Assembly (NCBI GenBank): GCA_029260965.1 | Contig: JAJDCG010000001.1 | Coordinates: 89,221-153,220 of the forward strand | Length of the DNA: 64,000 bases | Source of the DNA: Candidatus Levyibacteriota bacterium | Lineage (GTDB): Bacteria; Patescibacteriota; Microgenomatia; Levybacterales; UBA12049 | Direction of reading: 5' to 3' | Shown here: in pieces, positions 20,274 to 30,756 of the stretch | Numbering within the stretch: position 1 is the stretch's first letter | Layout of the letters: each line of letters begins with the position of its first letter | Program-made: the position numbers and the translations under genes | The notes under the pieces: model-generated | Database searches by the model: none | What the model was told of the DNA's origin: nothing | What the model saw: only the letters and a program-made list of their open reading frames with translations

Positions 20274-20354
20274 AGATTTATGATAGCAGAAAGTTTCTCT
20301 CAAAGAATGTTTTGAAACTTTTTTTCTCCAAAGTGCGTATAATAAGGGCGCGAG

Positions 20355-20876
20355 ATGGATGAGAAAAAAATAATTAATCAAATCCTGGCAGGGGATGATA
20401 AGAAATATAAATTACTTTTGGAACGTTACCAGCCAGGTCTCGTCCGACATTGTCTTGCTATGGTGCATGATCCAGAACAGGCAAACGATTTGGTGCAAGA
20501 AGCATCAATCAAAGCTTATTTTCAGCTTAAAAAGTATGACGATAAATACCGTTTTTCTACCTGGATTTATAAGATTGCAACCAATTTAAGTCTGGATTAT
20601 TTAAGAAAGAAGAAACATTTCTCTCTTGAAGATGTTTCTGATTTGAGAAGCAACATGCCAACACCGCCAGAAGAATTGGATAAGAAGGAAGCTGTGAATT
20701 CAGTGCAAAAAGCAGTCATGAAATTACCAATAAAATATCAAGGTGTTATAAGTCTTTATTACTGGCAGGATCAAACTTATGAAGAAATTGCACATATTAT
20801 GAACGTGCCAACAAATACTATTCGTACTTGGCTTAAAAGAGCAAAGGAAAAATTAAAGGAGGAGCTGAATGGATAA
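20355..20876 (+). CDS. ECF RNA polymerase sigma factor
   Basis: DLVQE, FSTWIYKIATN region 2; YEEIA..TIRTWLKRA region 4. Confidence 0.93.
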   Translation: MDEKKIINQILAGDDKKYKLLLERYQPGLVRHCLAMVHDPEQANDLVQEASIKAYFQLKKYDDKYRFSTWIYKIATNLSLDYLRKKKHFSLEDVSDLRSNMPTPPEELDKKEAVNSVQKAVMKLPIKYQGVISLYYWQDQTYEEIAHIMNVPTNTIRTWLKRAKEKLKEELNG

Positions 20877-22371
20877 TCTGGATAAACTGTTGCAAAAAAA
20901 TGAACTTAAGGCAAAGGCTAGAGAAAGTCTGACTGAGGATACTTTGATTTTAATTTCAGAGATAAAGTCTGTAAAGACAATCCAAAAAAAACTGGCATTT
21001 ACATTTTTTGTACTTGTTTTTATTTTTATCACCAAGTGGCTCAGTAATGATATATTATTTTTAATAAATTTAGCAATTACAAAATACACTTTTGTCCGTT
21101 CGCAGATGTTTTTATATTTTGAAGCATTACTTGAATCTATCCCAAGGTTTCAATTTTTCGCAATTCTTTTTACCAGTATTTTATGGCTAGGATGGAAGAG
21201 GTTTGAAACTTTTATTCAGCACACTCGTATAACAAGTAAGAAAACATTTGCTATGAAAATTATGAAAATGACACCACGACTACTTATTGCAAGTATATTA
21301 TTGGTAGGTACTGTTTTGGGTTTTTCTGGATATACCTATGCTCAAAAAGAGGAACAAAAAAAACTTGAGATTTTAAAAGAATATGTTAATGCGACCGGAC
21401 GGGTAGAGCTTGATACAAACTATGAAGAGGAGTGTAAATCTTCGCTTGGTGACTATCTACAAAATCGAACTAATAAATTTGAAATTAAACAAGGATCAGG
21501 ACTTAGCGCAGGAGATGCTCAGAAAATATTGGAAGCTAACTGTCTTGTCCGCAATGCAAGAATGTTTATTAAAGATAAATTTTCAAGTGGGAAACAAAAC
21601 AGCAGCAGTTATGAACATATGATATTAGGAGAGTCTAAAATTATAGAACTGTCAAAAAATACAATAACAATAGAGTTTTCAAACGTTCCAGAAAAAATTC
21701 AAATTCCTTCGGAAGAATATACTGTCACGAATAATACAAAAATATATAAAAATCAGATCTTAACCTCAAAAGAGTCACTTAAAAAAGGTGACATTGTAAT
21801 AGTCATAGGTGAGCATGGTGATAGAGAAAATACCGATAAAGCATTAATAAGCAAAGAGGCGTTGGGAGTTTACGTTCTTCCAGAACAGCCTGAATTTAAA
21901 TGGTATAATCCGATGTTGATTTACTCTCTTACTCAGATTCAACATTGTGAAGGTAACCCTGATGACAGATGCAGCTTTACAGGAAGTATAGATCTTTTTC
22001 CAAGTGGTGCTGGAGAAGGAAATTTTTTTAATCCGAAATTTACTCCATTGGAGTTTCCTCCCACTAAAAATAGTCCTGTTATAAAAGAAATTGCTGGATC
22101 GTTGATTGAAATTAACGATAAATATGTAAAAATTAAATCTTCATCAGGAAGAGAGCTTACGGTAAATTTTCAAAGCAATCCGATTGATTATTTTAATAAA
22201 AATATTTCACAAAATCATAATAATCTAAAAATAGAATTAGGTGATACGATTATGGTAAGATATGCTGAAGCACACGATGAGCATTCAGTAATTATAGAAA
22301 ATAAACAGATAATGAATGCAGTTTTTGTAATAGAAGTTACATTAAAATATGATTCGGTTGAGAAGTATTAA
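20869..22371 (+). CDS. Membrane protein with large extracytoplasmic region, probable anti-sigma factor
   Basis: Overlaps ECF gene; three TM segments followed by OB-like repeats (LKKGDIVIV, IELGDTIMV). Confidence 0.6.
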   Translation: MDNLDKLLQKNELKAKARESLTEDTLILISEIKSVKTIQKKLAFTFFVLVFIFITKWLSNDILFLINLAITKYTFVRSQMFLYFEALLESIPRFQFFAILFTSILWLGWKRFETFIQHTRITSKKTFAMKIMKMTPRLLIASILLVGTVLGFSGYTYAQKEEQKKLEILKEYVNATGRVELDTNYEEECKSSLGDYLQNRTNKFEIKQGSGLSAGDAQKILEANCLVRNARMFIKDKFSSGKQNSSSYEHMILGESKIIELSKNTITIEFSNVPEKIQIPSEEYTVTNNTKIYKNQILTSKESLKKGDIVIVIGEHGDRENTDKALISKEALGVYVLPEQPEFKWYNPMLIYSLTQIQHCEGNPDDRCSFTGSIDLFPSGAGEGNFFNPKFTPLEFPPTKNSPVIKEIAGSLIEINDKYVKIKSSSGRELTVNFQSNPIDYFNKNISQNHNNLKIELGDTIMVRYAEAHDEHSVIIENKQIMNAVFVIEVTLKYDSVEKY

Positions 22372-22373
22372 AA

Positions 22374-22556
22374 TCAGCAGAATTCGCAGGATTTGGCTTT
22401 TTTCTTTGAAGATTTATCTATACTCCCACAACATTTTTCGCAGCAGTATTTTTGACCCTCTTTTGTGAATGGCTCACCTGCTTTTATTTTTTTATCGCAG
22501 TGTGAACAAACGTGAGCTTCCTGATCTGTTTTTGGTCCTAGTCCGAAAATACCCAT
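22374..22556 (-). CDS. Small Cys-rich putative metal-binding protein
   Basis: CSHC, YCCEKCC and CEFC in 60 aa. Confidence 0.7.
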   Translation of the reverse strand: MGIFGLGPKTDQEAHVCSHCDKKIKAGEPFTKEGQKYCCEKCCGSIDKSSKKKAKSCEFC

Positions 22557-22635
22557 ACCATTAACTTACTACAGATTTGATTTGGTTGTCAAATAAGGTG
22601 GCTTTTTTGATAAACTGGAATAGTCCAGGAAATAA

Positions 22636-22700
22636 AAATCCGAAGCACGAAATCCTAAATTCGAAACAATTTCAAAATTTAAAAATCCAAATGACAGAAA
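22636..22700 (+). repeat. Solo left arm of the CGAAAT heptamer element
   Basis: aaatccgaagcacgaaatcctaaattcgaaacaatttcaaaat...caaatgacagaaa; runs into the ATPase start codon. Confidence 0.65.
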
Positions 22701-25375
22701 CTGCCCATTTTTATCAATTAACAAAAGAAAAGCTTTTTGGTCTTTTCAAAACTTCTGATCAGGGACTGTCTGAGGTAGATGCGAAAAAGCGTCTTGATCA
22801 AAATGGTGTCAATCAGCTAACAGCAAAGAAAAAAGTATCTGCCTTCGCGCTCTATTTGTCCCAGTTCAAAAATACACTGACACTTATTCTTATTGCCGCC
22901 TCAATTTTAGTACTATTTATTTATTACTTCGGAGAACGTGATCCATCTGACCTCATAGAAGCTGGGTTGATACTGGCGATTGTTTTTATGATAACGCTTC
23001 TTGGATTCATCCAGGAGTACAAAGCAGAAAAAGCTATTGAATCATTAAAAAAACTACTTTCATATAAAACAAAAGTGTTAAGAGATGGAACAGAGCGAGA
23101 GGTTGATGTGGCAGATTTGGTAACAGGAGATATAGTAATCATTGAGGAAGGTAGCAAGACACCAGCAGATATGAGATTGCTTGAAGCGTACTCTCTCATG
23201 ATAAATGAAGCATCACTCACTGGTGAATCGGTGCCTGTTTCAAAATTTACGGATCTGATTTCTGGTAATACGCAGATTGCAGATCAGAAAAATATGCTTT
23301 TTGCAGGAACATCTGTGACATCAGGTCGTGGGATTGGCTTGGTTGTAGCTACGGGAGATGGTACTGAGATAGGTAAAATCGCCAAGAATGTTGCTGAGGT
23401 TGAAAAAGAAGCAACACCAATTCAAAAAAAATTATCAAGAATAGGGAAGATAATCGGGCTTGTTGTCTTGGCAATAAGTCTTGTTGTTTTCGTATTTATT
23501 GTTTTCTTTGCTGAAGATTTTACTAGTCAGCCAATCCTACAGCGTATTATTCATTCATTTATCGCAAGTGTTGCGCTTGCTGTTGCGGCAATTCCTGAAG
23601 GGCTTCCTGCGGTAGTTACCATTTCGCTTGCATTTGGTACGCAAAGAATGCTCAAAAAAAACGTGTTGGTTAGAAAGCTTAATTCAGTCGAGACACTGGG
23701 ATCAACAGATACCATTTGTTCTGATAAAACAGGGACTCTCACAAAGGGAGAAATGACTGTCAGAAAAATTTATTTTGGAGGAAAACTGATTGAAGTTACA
23801 GGTGCAGGTTATGTAACTAAAGGAGAATTCCTTTTTGGGGATAAAAAGATAGGTGTTAAAGAAGTAGCCCCGCTTTTGGAATGTGGTTTCTTTTGTAACA
23901 ATGCAAAACTTGAAGACAAAAATATTTTGGGAGATCCCACAGAGGCAGCACTTCTTGTTTCATCTGCGAAGGCCGGTATAAATCCCAAAGGAAAAAGAGT
24001 TTTAGAAATTCCTTTTAGTAGTGAACGAAAAATGATGTCTGTAGTAGTTGAAAAAAATGACAAATTGGTAATTTATACCAAGGGTGCTGTGGAAGAAGTT
24101 TTGAATCATTCAAATATTTCCCCCACTGAAAAAAGAAAGATTTTAGCAGTAAATGAAAAGTTGGCAGGAGAAGCTCTACGTGGTCTTGCATTTGCTTTTA
24201 AAGAAATATCAAAATCAGAATTTGTGAAACAAAAAAATTCTTCGAGAGGCTCAGGACAGAAAAAACTCGAGTCAGGTTTAACTTTTCTAGGTATTCAAGC
24301 CATGATTGATCCGCCGCGTACTGAGGTTGCGCCACTTATCAAATCATGTCAGGAATCAGGAATACGAGTCGTGATGATAACAGGAGACCACATAGATACG
24401 GCGCGTGCTGTTGCCCGTGAGATCGGTATAACAGGTGAGGGTTTGACAGGTTTAGAGCTTGAGAAAATGAATGATTCAGAGTTTATAAAAACAGTTGAAA
24501 ATATAAGTATATATGCAAGAGTTAATCCAAATACAAAAATGAGAATTATTTCAGCATTAAAGAAAAAAGGTCATATTGTTGCGATGACAGGAGATGGAGT
24601 AAATGATGCGCCAGCTTTGAAAAAATCAGATATTGGTATTGCAATGGGAATAACGGGTACTGATGTTGCTAAGGAGTCAGCTGATATGGTTTTGTTGGAC
24701 GATAAATTTTCAACGATAGTTGCATCAGTTGAGGAGGGGCGAGGTATATTCCACAATATTCGTAAATTTGTGACATATCTTCTCTCGTGCAATATTGGTG
24801 AAGTGATGTTGGTTTTTGTATCAGTAATGCTATTTCAGAAATTGCCATTATCTGCGACAATGCTTCTCTGGATAAATATCGTTACTGATGGGATACCAGC
24901 AATTGCACTTGGTGTTGATCCTGCGGAGAAAAATATCCTCTCACACAAGCCTGCAGTTTTTCAAAAAAATATTATTACGCGCAGGCTTTGGGTTGAGATG
25001 ATTGTCTTTGGAGTTTTATTAACCATTGCTTGTATTGGTATATTTTTGATTGATCTTCCATTTGGTTTGGAGCGGGCACGTGGTGCTGTATTTACGGCAA
25101 TAGTGTTTTTTGAGCTGGTTGGCCTTTTTTTAATACGTGATGATTATAAAGTATCATTTTTTTCAAATCCCTGGCTTCTCATATCGGTTTTTGTGACAGT
25201 AATTATTCAGCTTATGATTGTATATATCCCTGTAATTGCAAGTCTTTTTGAGATAAAAGCAGTTGATTATCTGGATTGGATTTATATAATGGCAGCATCA
25301 GGTCTGATTTGGTTGATTTTTAAATCTGCAGAAAATATACTTGATCAATTTTCATCGATGAGAATGGATGCCTGA
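22691..25375 (+). CDS. Cation-transporting P-type ATPase (type IIA, Ca2+-like)
   Basis: [34 protein letters not shown] motifs. Confidence 0.95.
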   Translation: MTETAHFYQLTKEKLFGLFKTSDQGLSEVDAKKRLDQNGVNQLTAKKKVSAFALYLSQFKNTLTLILIAASILVLFIYYFGERDPSDLIEAGLILAIVFMITLLGFIQEYKAEKAIESLKKLLSYKTKVLRDGTEREVDVADLVTGDIVIIEEGSKTPADMRLLEAYSLMINEASLTGESVPVSKFTDLISGNTQIADQKNMLFAGTSVTSGRGIGLVVATGDGTEIGKIAKNVAEVEKEATPIQKKLSRIGKIIGLVVLAISLVVFVFIVFFAEDFTSQPILQRIIHSFIASVALAVAAIPEGLPAVVTISLAFGTQRMLKKNVLVRKLNSVETLGSTDTICSDKTGTLTKGEMTVRKIYFGGKLIEVTGAGYVTKGEFLFGDKKIGVKEVAPLLECGFFCNNAKLEDKNILGDPTEAALLVSSAKAGINPKGKRVLEIPFSSERKMMSVVVEKNDKLVIYTKGAVEEVLNHSNISPTEKRKILAVNEKLAGEALRGLAFAFKEISKSEFVKQKNSSRGSGQKKLESGLTFLGIQAMIDPPRTEVAPLIKSCQESGIRVVMITGDHIDTARAVAREIGITGEGLTGLELEKMNDSEFIKTVENISIYARVNPNTKMRIISALKKKGHIVAMTGDGVNDAPALKKSDIGIAMGITGTDVAKESADMVLLDDKFSTIVASVEEGRGIFHNIRKFVTYLLSCNIGEVMLVFVSVMLFQKLPLSATMLLWINIVTDGIPAIALGVDPAEKNILSHKPAVFQKNIITRRLWVEMIVFGVLLTIACIGIFLIDLPFGLERARGAVFTAIVFFELVGLFLIRDDYKVSFFSNPWLLISVFVTVIIQLMIVYIPVIASLFEIKAVDYLDWIYIMAASGLIWLIFKSAENILDQFSSMRMDA

Positions 25376-25428
25376 TAGGCCTTGTAGAATATCTACAAAT
25401 ACGTTAATCTAGATATAGATCTATATTT

Positions 25429-26148
25429 ATGGAAGACCTGCTCAATTCTTATGCGTTAAATGTGCTGCTTTTGGGAACAATACTACTTGTTCTTTTTGCC
25501 GTAATTTCTCTAAAAAAGAGAAAACTATCAGAAGATAGTAAAAAGATGCTTTTTGGGGGAATAATAACTGCAACCATTATACCAACGCTCTTGATGGCAG
25601 GATCAACCATCTATCTAAACACAATCTCATCAAGTGGTGGTCCTGTTCATTGGCATGCTGATTTTGAAGTATGGAGCTGTGGGAGGCAGGTAGAATTGGT
25701 AGACCCGAAGGGTTTCAGTAATAAGATTGGTACAGCAACCCTCCATGAACATAATGACAAAAGAATTCACCTAGAAGGATTAGTGATGGAGTCTCTGGAT
25801 GCCAGCCTTGGGAATTTTTTTAATGTGGTTGGTGGACATCTGAGTACGAATTCATTTAGTATGCCAACAACTGATGGAGATGTATATTTTGAGAATGGAC
25901 AATCCTGTCAAGAGGGTGTTGCGGAAGTTCAGGTTTTTGTCTACAGGACGGATGAAAATAATCAGTTTTTTCAGGAAAAGCTCGATAATCCAGTTGACTT
26001 TATCATCAGAGATAATTCGGCAGTGCCACCAGGAGATTGCATAATCGTTGAGTTTGATACCCCCAAGGATAAGACAGACAAGCTATGTAAGAGTTATCAA
26101 GTAGCAGAGGAGATAGAAGAAATAGAGAGGAGGCCAAATGGGAATTGA
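25429..26148 (+). CDS. Membrane protein with His-rich extracytoplasmic domain
   Basis: Two TM helices, HWHADF and LHEHNDKRIHLEG motifs. Confidence 0.7.
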   Translation: MEDLLNSYALNVLLLGTILLVLFAVISLKKRKLSEDSKKMLFGGIITATIIPTLLMAGSTIYLNTISSSGGPVHWHADFEVWSCGRQVELVDPKGFSNKIGTATLHEHNDKRIHLEGLVMESLDASLGNFFNVVGGHLSTNSFSMPTTDGDVYFENGQSCQEGVAEVQVFVYRTDENNQFFQEKLDNPVDFIIRDNSAVPPGDCIIVEFDTPKDKTDKLCKSYQVAEEIEEIERRPNGN

Positions 26149-26842
26149 TCTACCAACACTATCAGTAGTTGTTTCTGCAGCAGCAATTGACAGCATAAAC
26201 CCATGCGCTATAGGAGTTCTTATTCTTATGGTGTCAGTAATCCTTGGAGGTAAGGGATCTACTAAAAGACTTTTGTTTCTCGGTAGTCTTTATATCCTTG
26301 CTATTTTCATGACTTATCTGATTGCTGGACTTGGTCTCATTTATTTTTTGGCAAGTGTGCCACTTTATATAGCTGAATATTTGTCGCTTGTTGTGGGTGT
26401 TTTAGTTATACTTGCAGGACTTTTGGAGATTAAAGACTTTTTTTGGTACGGTCAGGGCTTTTCGCTTCAGATACCTCCTTATTTTGCTGAAAAAATTCAC
26501 AAATTTTCCAAAAACGTTACAGTACCAGGAGTCATATTCCTTGGTGCATTCATAGCAGGCGTGGAGCTTCCATGTACAGGCGCGCCCTATCTGGCAATCA
26601 TTACACTTCTTTCGCTTAACTTTAATTTCCAGGCTTTCATGATGCTTGTTTTATATAATATAGTTTTTGTATTGCCACTTATCATAATTCTTTTAATGGT
26701 AGCAGGAGGCACAAAAGTAAGCAGCATTAAGAAGTGGAAACAGAGCAACAAGGGCTACATGAGATTTGCAATTGGCTATCTTTTGATTGCTCTTGGTTGG
26801 CTTTTGATACTTATTGCAAACGGAACAATTAACTTTGGCTGA
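26138..26842 (+). CDS. CcdA/DsbD-like transmembrane electron transporter
   Basis: DSINPCA and ELPCTG Cys pair in TM helices. Confidence 0.8.
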   Translation: MGIDLPTLSVVVSAAAIDSINPCAIGVLILMVSVILGGKGSTKRLLFLGSLYILAIFMTYLIAGLGLIYFLASVPLYIAEYLSLVVGVLVILAGLLEIKDFFWYGQGFSLQIPPYFAEKIHKFSKNVTVPGVIFLGAFIAGVELPCTGAPYLAIITLLSLNFNFQAFMMLVLYNIVFVLPLIIILLMVAGGTKVSSIKKWKQSNKGYMRFAIGYLLIALGWLLILIANGTINFG

Positions 26843-26843
26843 T

Positions 26844-27113
26844 ATGACACACTTGGTTAAAAGAAAAGGGCATATTGAGGAATTTGATGAGCGCAAGATC
26901 TACGCTAGCGTTTTTGCATCCTGTATGGTGCTTCGCATGACTGATGAAGAATCAGAAGTAATTGCAGATATGGTAACCCATGAGGTGCTGGATGCTCTTA
27001 AAAAAGAAAAAGACATACAAGCACACAAAATTCACGAAGAAGTTGTAAAGACATTGAGAAAGTATAATCCTGATGTAGCCTACATGTATGACACTCACAA
27101 GGATATTTATTAA
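26844..27113 (+). CDS. Stand-alone ATP-cone domain protein
   Basis: VKRKG..EEFDERKI ATP-cone signature. Confidence 0.8.
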   Translation: MTHLVKRKGHIEEFDERKIYASVFASCMVLRMTDEESEVIADMVTHEVLDALKKEKDIQAHKIHEEVVKTLRKYNPDVAYMYDTHKDIY

Positions 27114-27136
27114 AAGGTACCACAGGAAATTTAAGT

Positions 27137-28519
27137 ATGCTTAGTAGATTTAGAAAAAAACATCATTACGATTACGATCTTATTGTCATCGGATCAGGTG
27201 CAGGTGGATCAGTTGGTGCCCATTATGCGCGTGATCTTGGTAAAAAAGTTGCTATCTTTGAGGCAGATGCGATAGGTGGAGAGTGTCCGAATTTCGCATG
27301 CGTACCAACCAAGGCTCTTCTCCATGCTTCTCATGCGTATAATCAATCCCAAAATTTAAAATTTTTAGGAACAGAAGTCGGAGAATCATCATTAAACTAT
27401 CATGCTGTTAAAAAATGGAAAGATTTGGTTGTTTCGCGCACTGGAGCTGCTCACGGTACTGAGTCATTTCAAAAAGACGGTATTGATGTAATAAAACATA
27501 AAGCATCATTTATCTCATCTCATGAAGTGGAAGCAGGAGGCAAGACTTATTCTGCAGCTAAATTTTTAATAGGTACAGGATCAGGTATTTTTGTGCCTCC
27601 AATTACAGACCTTGAGGATGTGGGGTATATCACATATAGAGAAGCAGTAGATCTTGAAAAGCCTCCAGGATCAATCCTTATTTTTGGTAGTGGAGCTGTG
27701 GGTTGTGAATTTGCACAGATTTTTTCTGATTTTGGATCTAAAGTAACTATAGTTAATAGATCTAATCAGGTTTTAAGCAAGGAAGATGAGGAGGTCGGTG
27801 ATTTGGTGAAGGCGCTTTTTGAAAATGTTGGCATACAGGTATTGACTGGGACGAGTGTTATAAGAGTTGAGAAAAAAGGCAACAAAAAAATAGTTCATTT
27901 CCAAAAAGGGTCAGAGCAGTATTTTGGAGAATATGACGAGATTTTGATTGCAACTGGTAAGAAGCCTCTTCTCAACTTTGCTCCAGAAAAAGCAGACATA
28001 GAGGTTGATCAAGGTAGGCTTGTTGTTAACAAGTATCTTCAGACCACAAATCCTCATGTTTTCGCAGCAGGTGACGTGGTGGGACCATATCTCTTCACAC
28101 ATACAGGCTATTATCAGAGCTACATAGCAGCTCACAACGCTTTCTCAAGCAAGAAGCTTAAACCAGACCTGACTGTGGTGCCAAGATGTGTATTTATCAG
28201 GCCTGAGGTTGCATCTGTTGGCATGAGTGAGGCGGATGCTGTTAATAAGAAGATTAAAATCAGAAAAGGTATTGTACCGATCTCTATTTTGGGACGTTCA
28301 AATACCTCAAATGATTTTGACGGATTTGTAAAAATAATTACTGATGAAAATTATTTCATAATAGGGGGTTCAATTGTCGCGCCTCGTGCTGGAGAGTTGA
28401 TTCACGAAGTAGCACTAGCTATAAAAACACACACAACAGCTCGTGAATTATCTGAAATGATTCATGCCTATCCTACCTTCTCTGAAGGGATAAAAATCGC
28501 TGCAAGCGTGGTGGAATAG
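27137..28519 (+). CDS. Pyridine nucleotide-disulfide oxidoreductase (Lpd/MerA family)
   Basis: GSGAGG, GGECPNFACVPTK redox disulfide, C-terminal HAYPTFSE. Confidence 0.92.
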   Translation: MLSRFRKKHHYDYDLIVIGSGAGGSVGAHYARDLGKKVAIFEADAIGGECPNFACVPTKALLHASHAYNQSQNLKFLGTEVGESSLNYHAVKKWKDLVVSRTGAAHGTESFQKDGIDVIKHKASFISSHEVEAGGKTYSAAKFLIGTGSGIFVPPITDLEDVGYITYREAVDLEKPPGSILIFGSGAVGCEFAQIFSDFGSKVTIVNRSNQVLSKEDEEVGDLVKALFENVGIQVLTGTSVIRVEKKGNKKIVHFQKGSEQYFGEYDEILIATGKKPLLNFAPEKADIEVDQGRLVVNKYLQTTNPHVFAAGDVVGPYLFTHTGYYQSYIAAHNAFSSKKLKPDLTVVPRCVFIRPEVASVGMSEADAVNKKIKIRKGIVPISILGRSNTSNDFDGFVKIITDENYFIIGGSIVAPRAGELIHEVALAIKTHTTARELSEMIHAYPTFSEGIKIAASVVE

Positions 28520-28527
28520 CTGAATAC

Positions 28528-28557
28528 TTGACAAGTCATTAAAAAAAGTATTACGCT
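28528..28557 (+). promoter_or_regulatory. Sigma70-type promoter of the intergenic RNA
   Basis: TTGACA(28528)-N18-TACGCT(28552). Confidence 0.55.
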
Positions 28558-28561
28558 AGAT

Positions 28562-28750
28562 ATGTCTGATTGGTGTACAACTGTCTGACTTGCCAATAAA
28601 TTAGGCTTTCTAGAGACTTAGTTTTGCGGGACTATAAAATTCGAAAGGCATGGGAATCGGCTTGGAGGGTAAAACCGATAAGTTGAAACTTGTGAACTTT
28701 CAACAAAGAGATCTGTCACAAGCAGATCTTTTTGTTTATACACCAGATGT
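28562..28750 (+). ncRNA. Structured ncRNA of about 190 nt, candidate 6S RNA
   Basis: Ends pair (tggtgta/tacacca, tctgacttg/caagcaga, atgtctg/cagatgt); internal stems gctttc/gaaaggc, atcgg/ccgat, gttgaaa/tttcaac; no long ORF. Confidence 0.5.
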
Positions 28751-28781
28751 AGTATTTATTACGTTTATATATAATTAATCT

Positions 28782-29669
28782 ATGGATGACAATGAATGGT
28801 GGAAAGATCCAACAGTTACTGGTAAAGCACCGTTGGGTAATGTGGGAAATAGTTTAAGTGAAAAAAATGGTGATAAAAAAACTTGGTGGGATCAAGGACT
28901 TCCTCCAGTCCAAGACCAAGATGAACCTAAGCCACTGGTATTTGCCAAAGGAGCTGATAATCCTTTTTTCAATTCTGTTTCAAAAATTGTTGAGTCACGT
29001 CTAAAAGACTTAGATTTAGACGGTGAGGCGGAGATGCTTAATCCTGCATGGTGGGAATGGAACAAGAGAAACCAAACATCCGGTAGACTACGAGAAGAAA
29101 ACGAACCTGTACAAACAAGAAAATTGATCTTTCAAGAAATAGCCAGCCAGGGCAAGGGCTGGAAATTTCATCTGAATTTTGATGCGCAAGATCCCGCAAA
29201 AGTACAAACAGTTGGTAATTTTCTAACTGCAATGGAAGAATGCGGGGCAATAACTGCATTTAAAATTGGAAAAGGTGGTGGTAAAGAGTCTGATGCTCCA
29301 GGAAAAGAAGCGACTGTTTATATTGGGCATCGGAATAAAGCAAATGCCATGGCTCCAATTATTGAAGAAGCGCTGGGAGGTGTTCTGGATGATCCCGAAG
29401 GAGATGCTCTTAAAGACGATGTGGTCTTTACGCCACTTGTAAGGGGACGCTTCGAGATTACAAACCTTGATCCTGAATTTCATCAGTATGGTGCGAAAGG
29501 TCATCCGTTGTTAAGAGATGATATGAGAGGTAGTCCTCAATGGCAAAGGACAAGTATGGTCGATGAGCAAGATAGTGCTAGATTTAAAAAGGAAGCTACT
29601 GCGCGAGCCAATAGCTGTCTTAAAGAACGCTATGGAGTTTTTTATACTGGTTCACAAGCTGCAGTCTAA
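28782..29669 (+). CDS. Hypothetical protein with putative phosphothreonine-lyase-like (OspF/LanKC N-terminal) domain
   Basis: GWKFHL...FK...GKEATVY...D...RGRF motif order resembles LanKC GWKIH..FK..GKFITIY. Confidence 0.55.
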   Translation: MDDNEWWKDPTVTGKAPLGNVGNSLSEKNGDKKTWWDQGLPPVQDQDEPKPLVFAKGADNPFFNSVSKIVESRLKDLDLDGEAEMLNPAWWEWNKRNQTSGRLREENEPVQTRKLIFQEIASQGKGWKFHLNFDAQDPAKVQTVGNFLTAMEECGAITAFKIGKGGGKESDAPGKEATVYIGHRNKANAMAPIIEEALGGVLDDPEGDALKDDVVFTPLVRGRFEITNLDPEFHQYGAKGHPLLRDDMRGSPQWQRTSMVDEQDSARFKKEATARANSCLKERYGVFYTGSQAAV

Positions 29670-29671
29670 TT

Positions 29672-30661
29672 TTATAAAAGATCTATTACCGCTTTTGCTA
29701 GTTTGTCAGGATCGTGGCGAATAATTGAGCGTCTTTGTTGGTCTGCAATATTTTTCTTGAGAATCACGTCTTTGATTAGATTATTGCTGATAATCTTAAA
29801 TGTATTTATTTTTTCTAGATTATTTAAAACAGGTTCCTCAGCAAATTTTTCGTACCACTCAAGAGTTTTTTTATTTGGCATCTTATTATTTACCAAGACA
29901 AAATCCAGCATATTTTTACCAATATATTTTTCAAGATCCTGTACATGATCAGAAGCGCTGTAATGGGTCGTTTGTCCGTATTTTGTCATCAGGTTTAGCG
30001 CATAGACTTTTTTAGCTTTTGATTTTTTGAGAGCGTTTGTAACACCTCCAACTAGCAGATTCGGGATGATGCTGGTATAGAGATCGCCAGGTCCGATGAG
30101 GATGAGATCAGCATGCGTTATTGCATTTATTGCAGTAGGGTTTGAGATTACTTTTGGTTTTAGAAAGGCTTTTTTTATGCGTGACCGTTTTTTCTTGCCA
30201 TCAGCATCGTCTATGTGTGTCTCGCCCTCAATTATTTTACCATCTATCAATTCAACGCAGAGATCAGTTTTGCTAAAAGTTACAGGCGCGACCGTGCCCT
30301 CAATTTTCAAAATTTTTCCAATTTCTGAGATTGCTTTTTCAATACTTCCCGTTGTTTTTTCAAGAGTTGACAAGAATATGTTGCCAAAAGTATGCCCTTT
30401 TAGATTACCATCCTCAAATCTATAGGTAAAAAGATCTCGCATCAAGGTGCTGGAATGAGAAAGAGCAACAAGACATTGTCTGATATCTCCGGGGGGTAGT
30501 ACTCCGAGTTCGTCTCGTAGCCTACCGCTTGATCCACCACTATCCATCATAGTAACAACTGCAGTAAGATTAACAGGATATTTTTTGAGACCTGTGAGCG
30601 CTGTGAAGCTGCCAGTTCCTCCACCTATTACTACAATCCGAGGTTTAGAATTTTTATTCAT
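29672..30661 (-). CDS. YvcK/GlmR family UDP-GlcNAc-binding protein
   Basis: IGGGTG, DSGGSSGRLR, PPGDIR, GPGDLYTSIIPNL, RHD motifs. Confidence 0.93.
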   Translation of the reverse strand: MNKNSKPRIVVIGGGTGSFTALTGLKKYPVNLTAVVTMMDSGGSSGRLRDELGVLPPGDIRQCLVALSHSSTLMRDLFTYRFEDGNLKGHTFGNIFLSTLEKTTGSIEKAISEIGKILKIEGTVAPVTFSKTDLCVELIDGKIIEGETHIDDADGKKKRSRIKKAFLKPKVISNPTAINAITHADLILIGPGDLYTSIIPNLLVGGVTNALKKSKAKKVYALNLMTKYGQTTHYSASDHVQDLEKYIGKNMLDFVLVNNKMPNKKTLEWYEKFAEEPVLNNLEKINTFKIISNNLIKDVILKKNIADQQRRSIIRHDPDKLAKAVIDLL

Positions 30662-30756
30662 GTCTGTTTTAATATCAAATTTCAGCCGTTTGTGCAAGCG
30701 ATATGAGCATTAAGGATTCTATTATACTTTATACTTACTTATTTAATACCAAAAAT

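Noticed and set aside
28562-28588. Micro-ORF MSDWCTTV as a possible leader peptide
   Set aside because: Single Trp, no related downstream gene; end-to-end RNA pairing explains the region better
28625-28665. attcgaaag...tggga resembling a c-di-GMP-I riboswitch
   Set aside because: Required stem pairing and the GCAAA/GACGCAAAGC elements are missing
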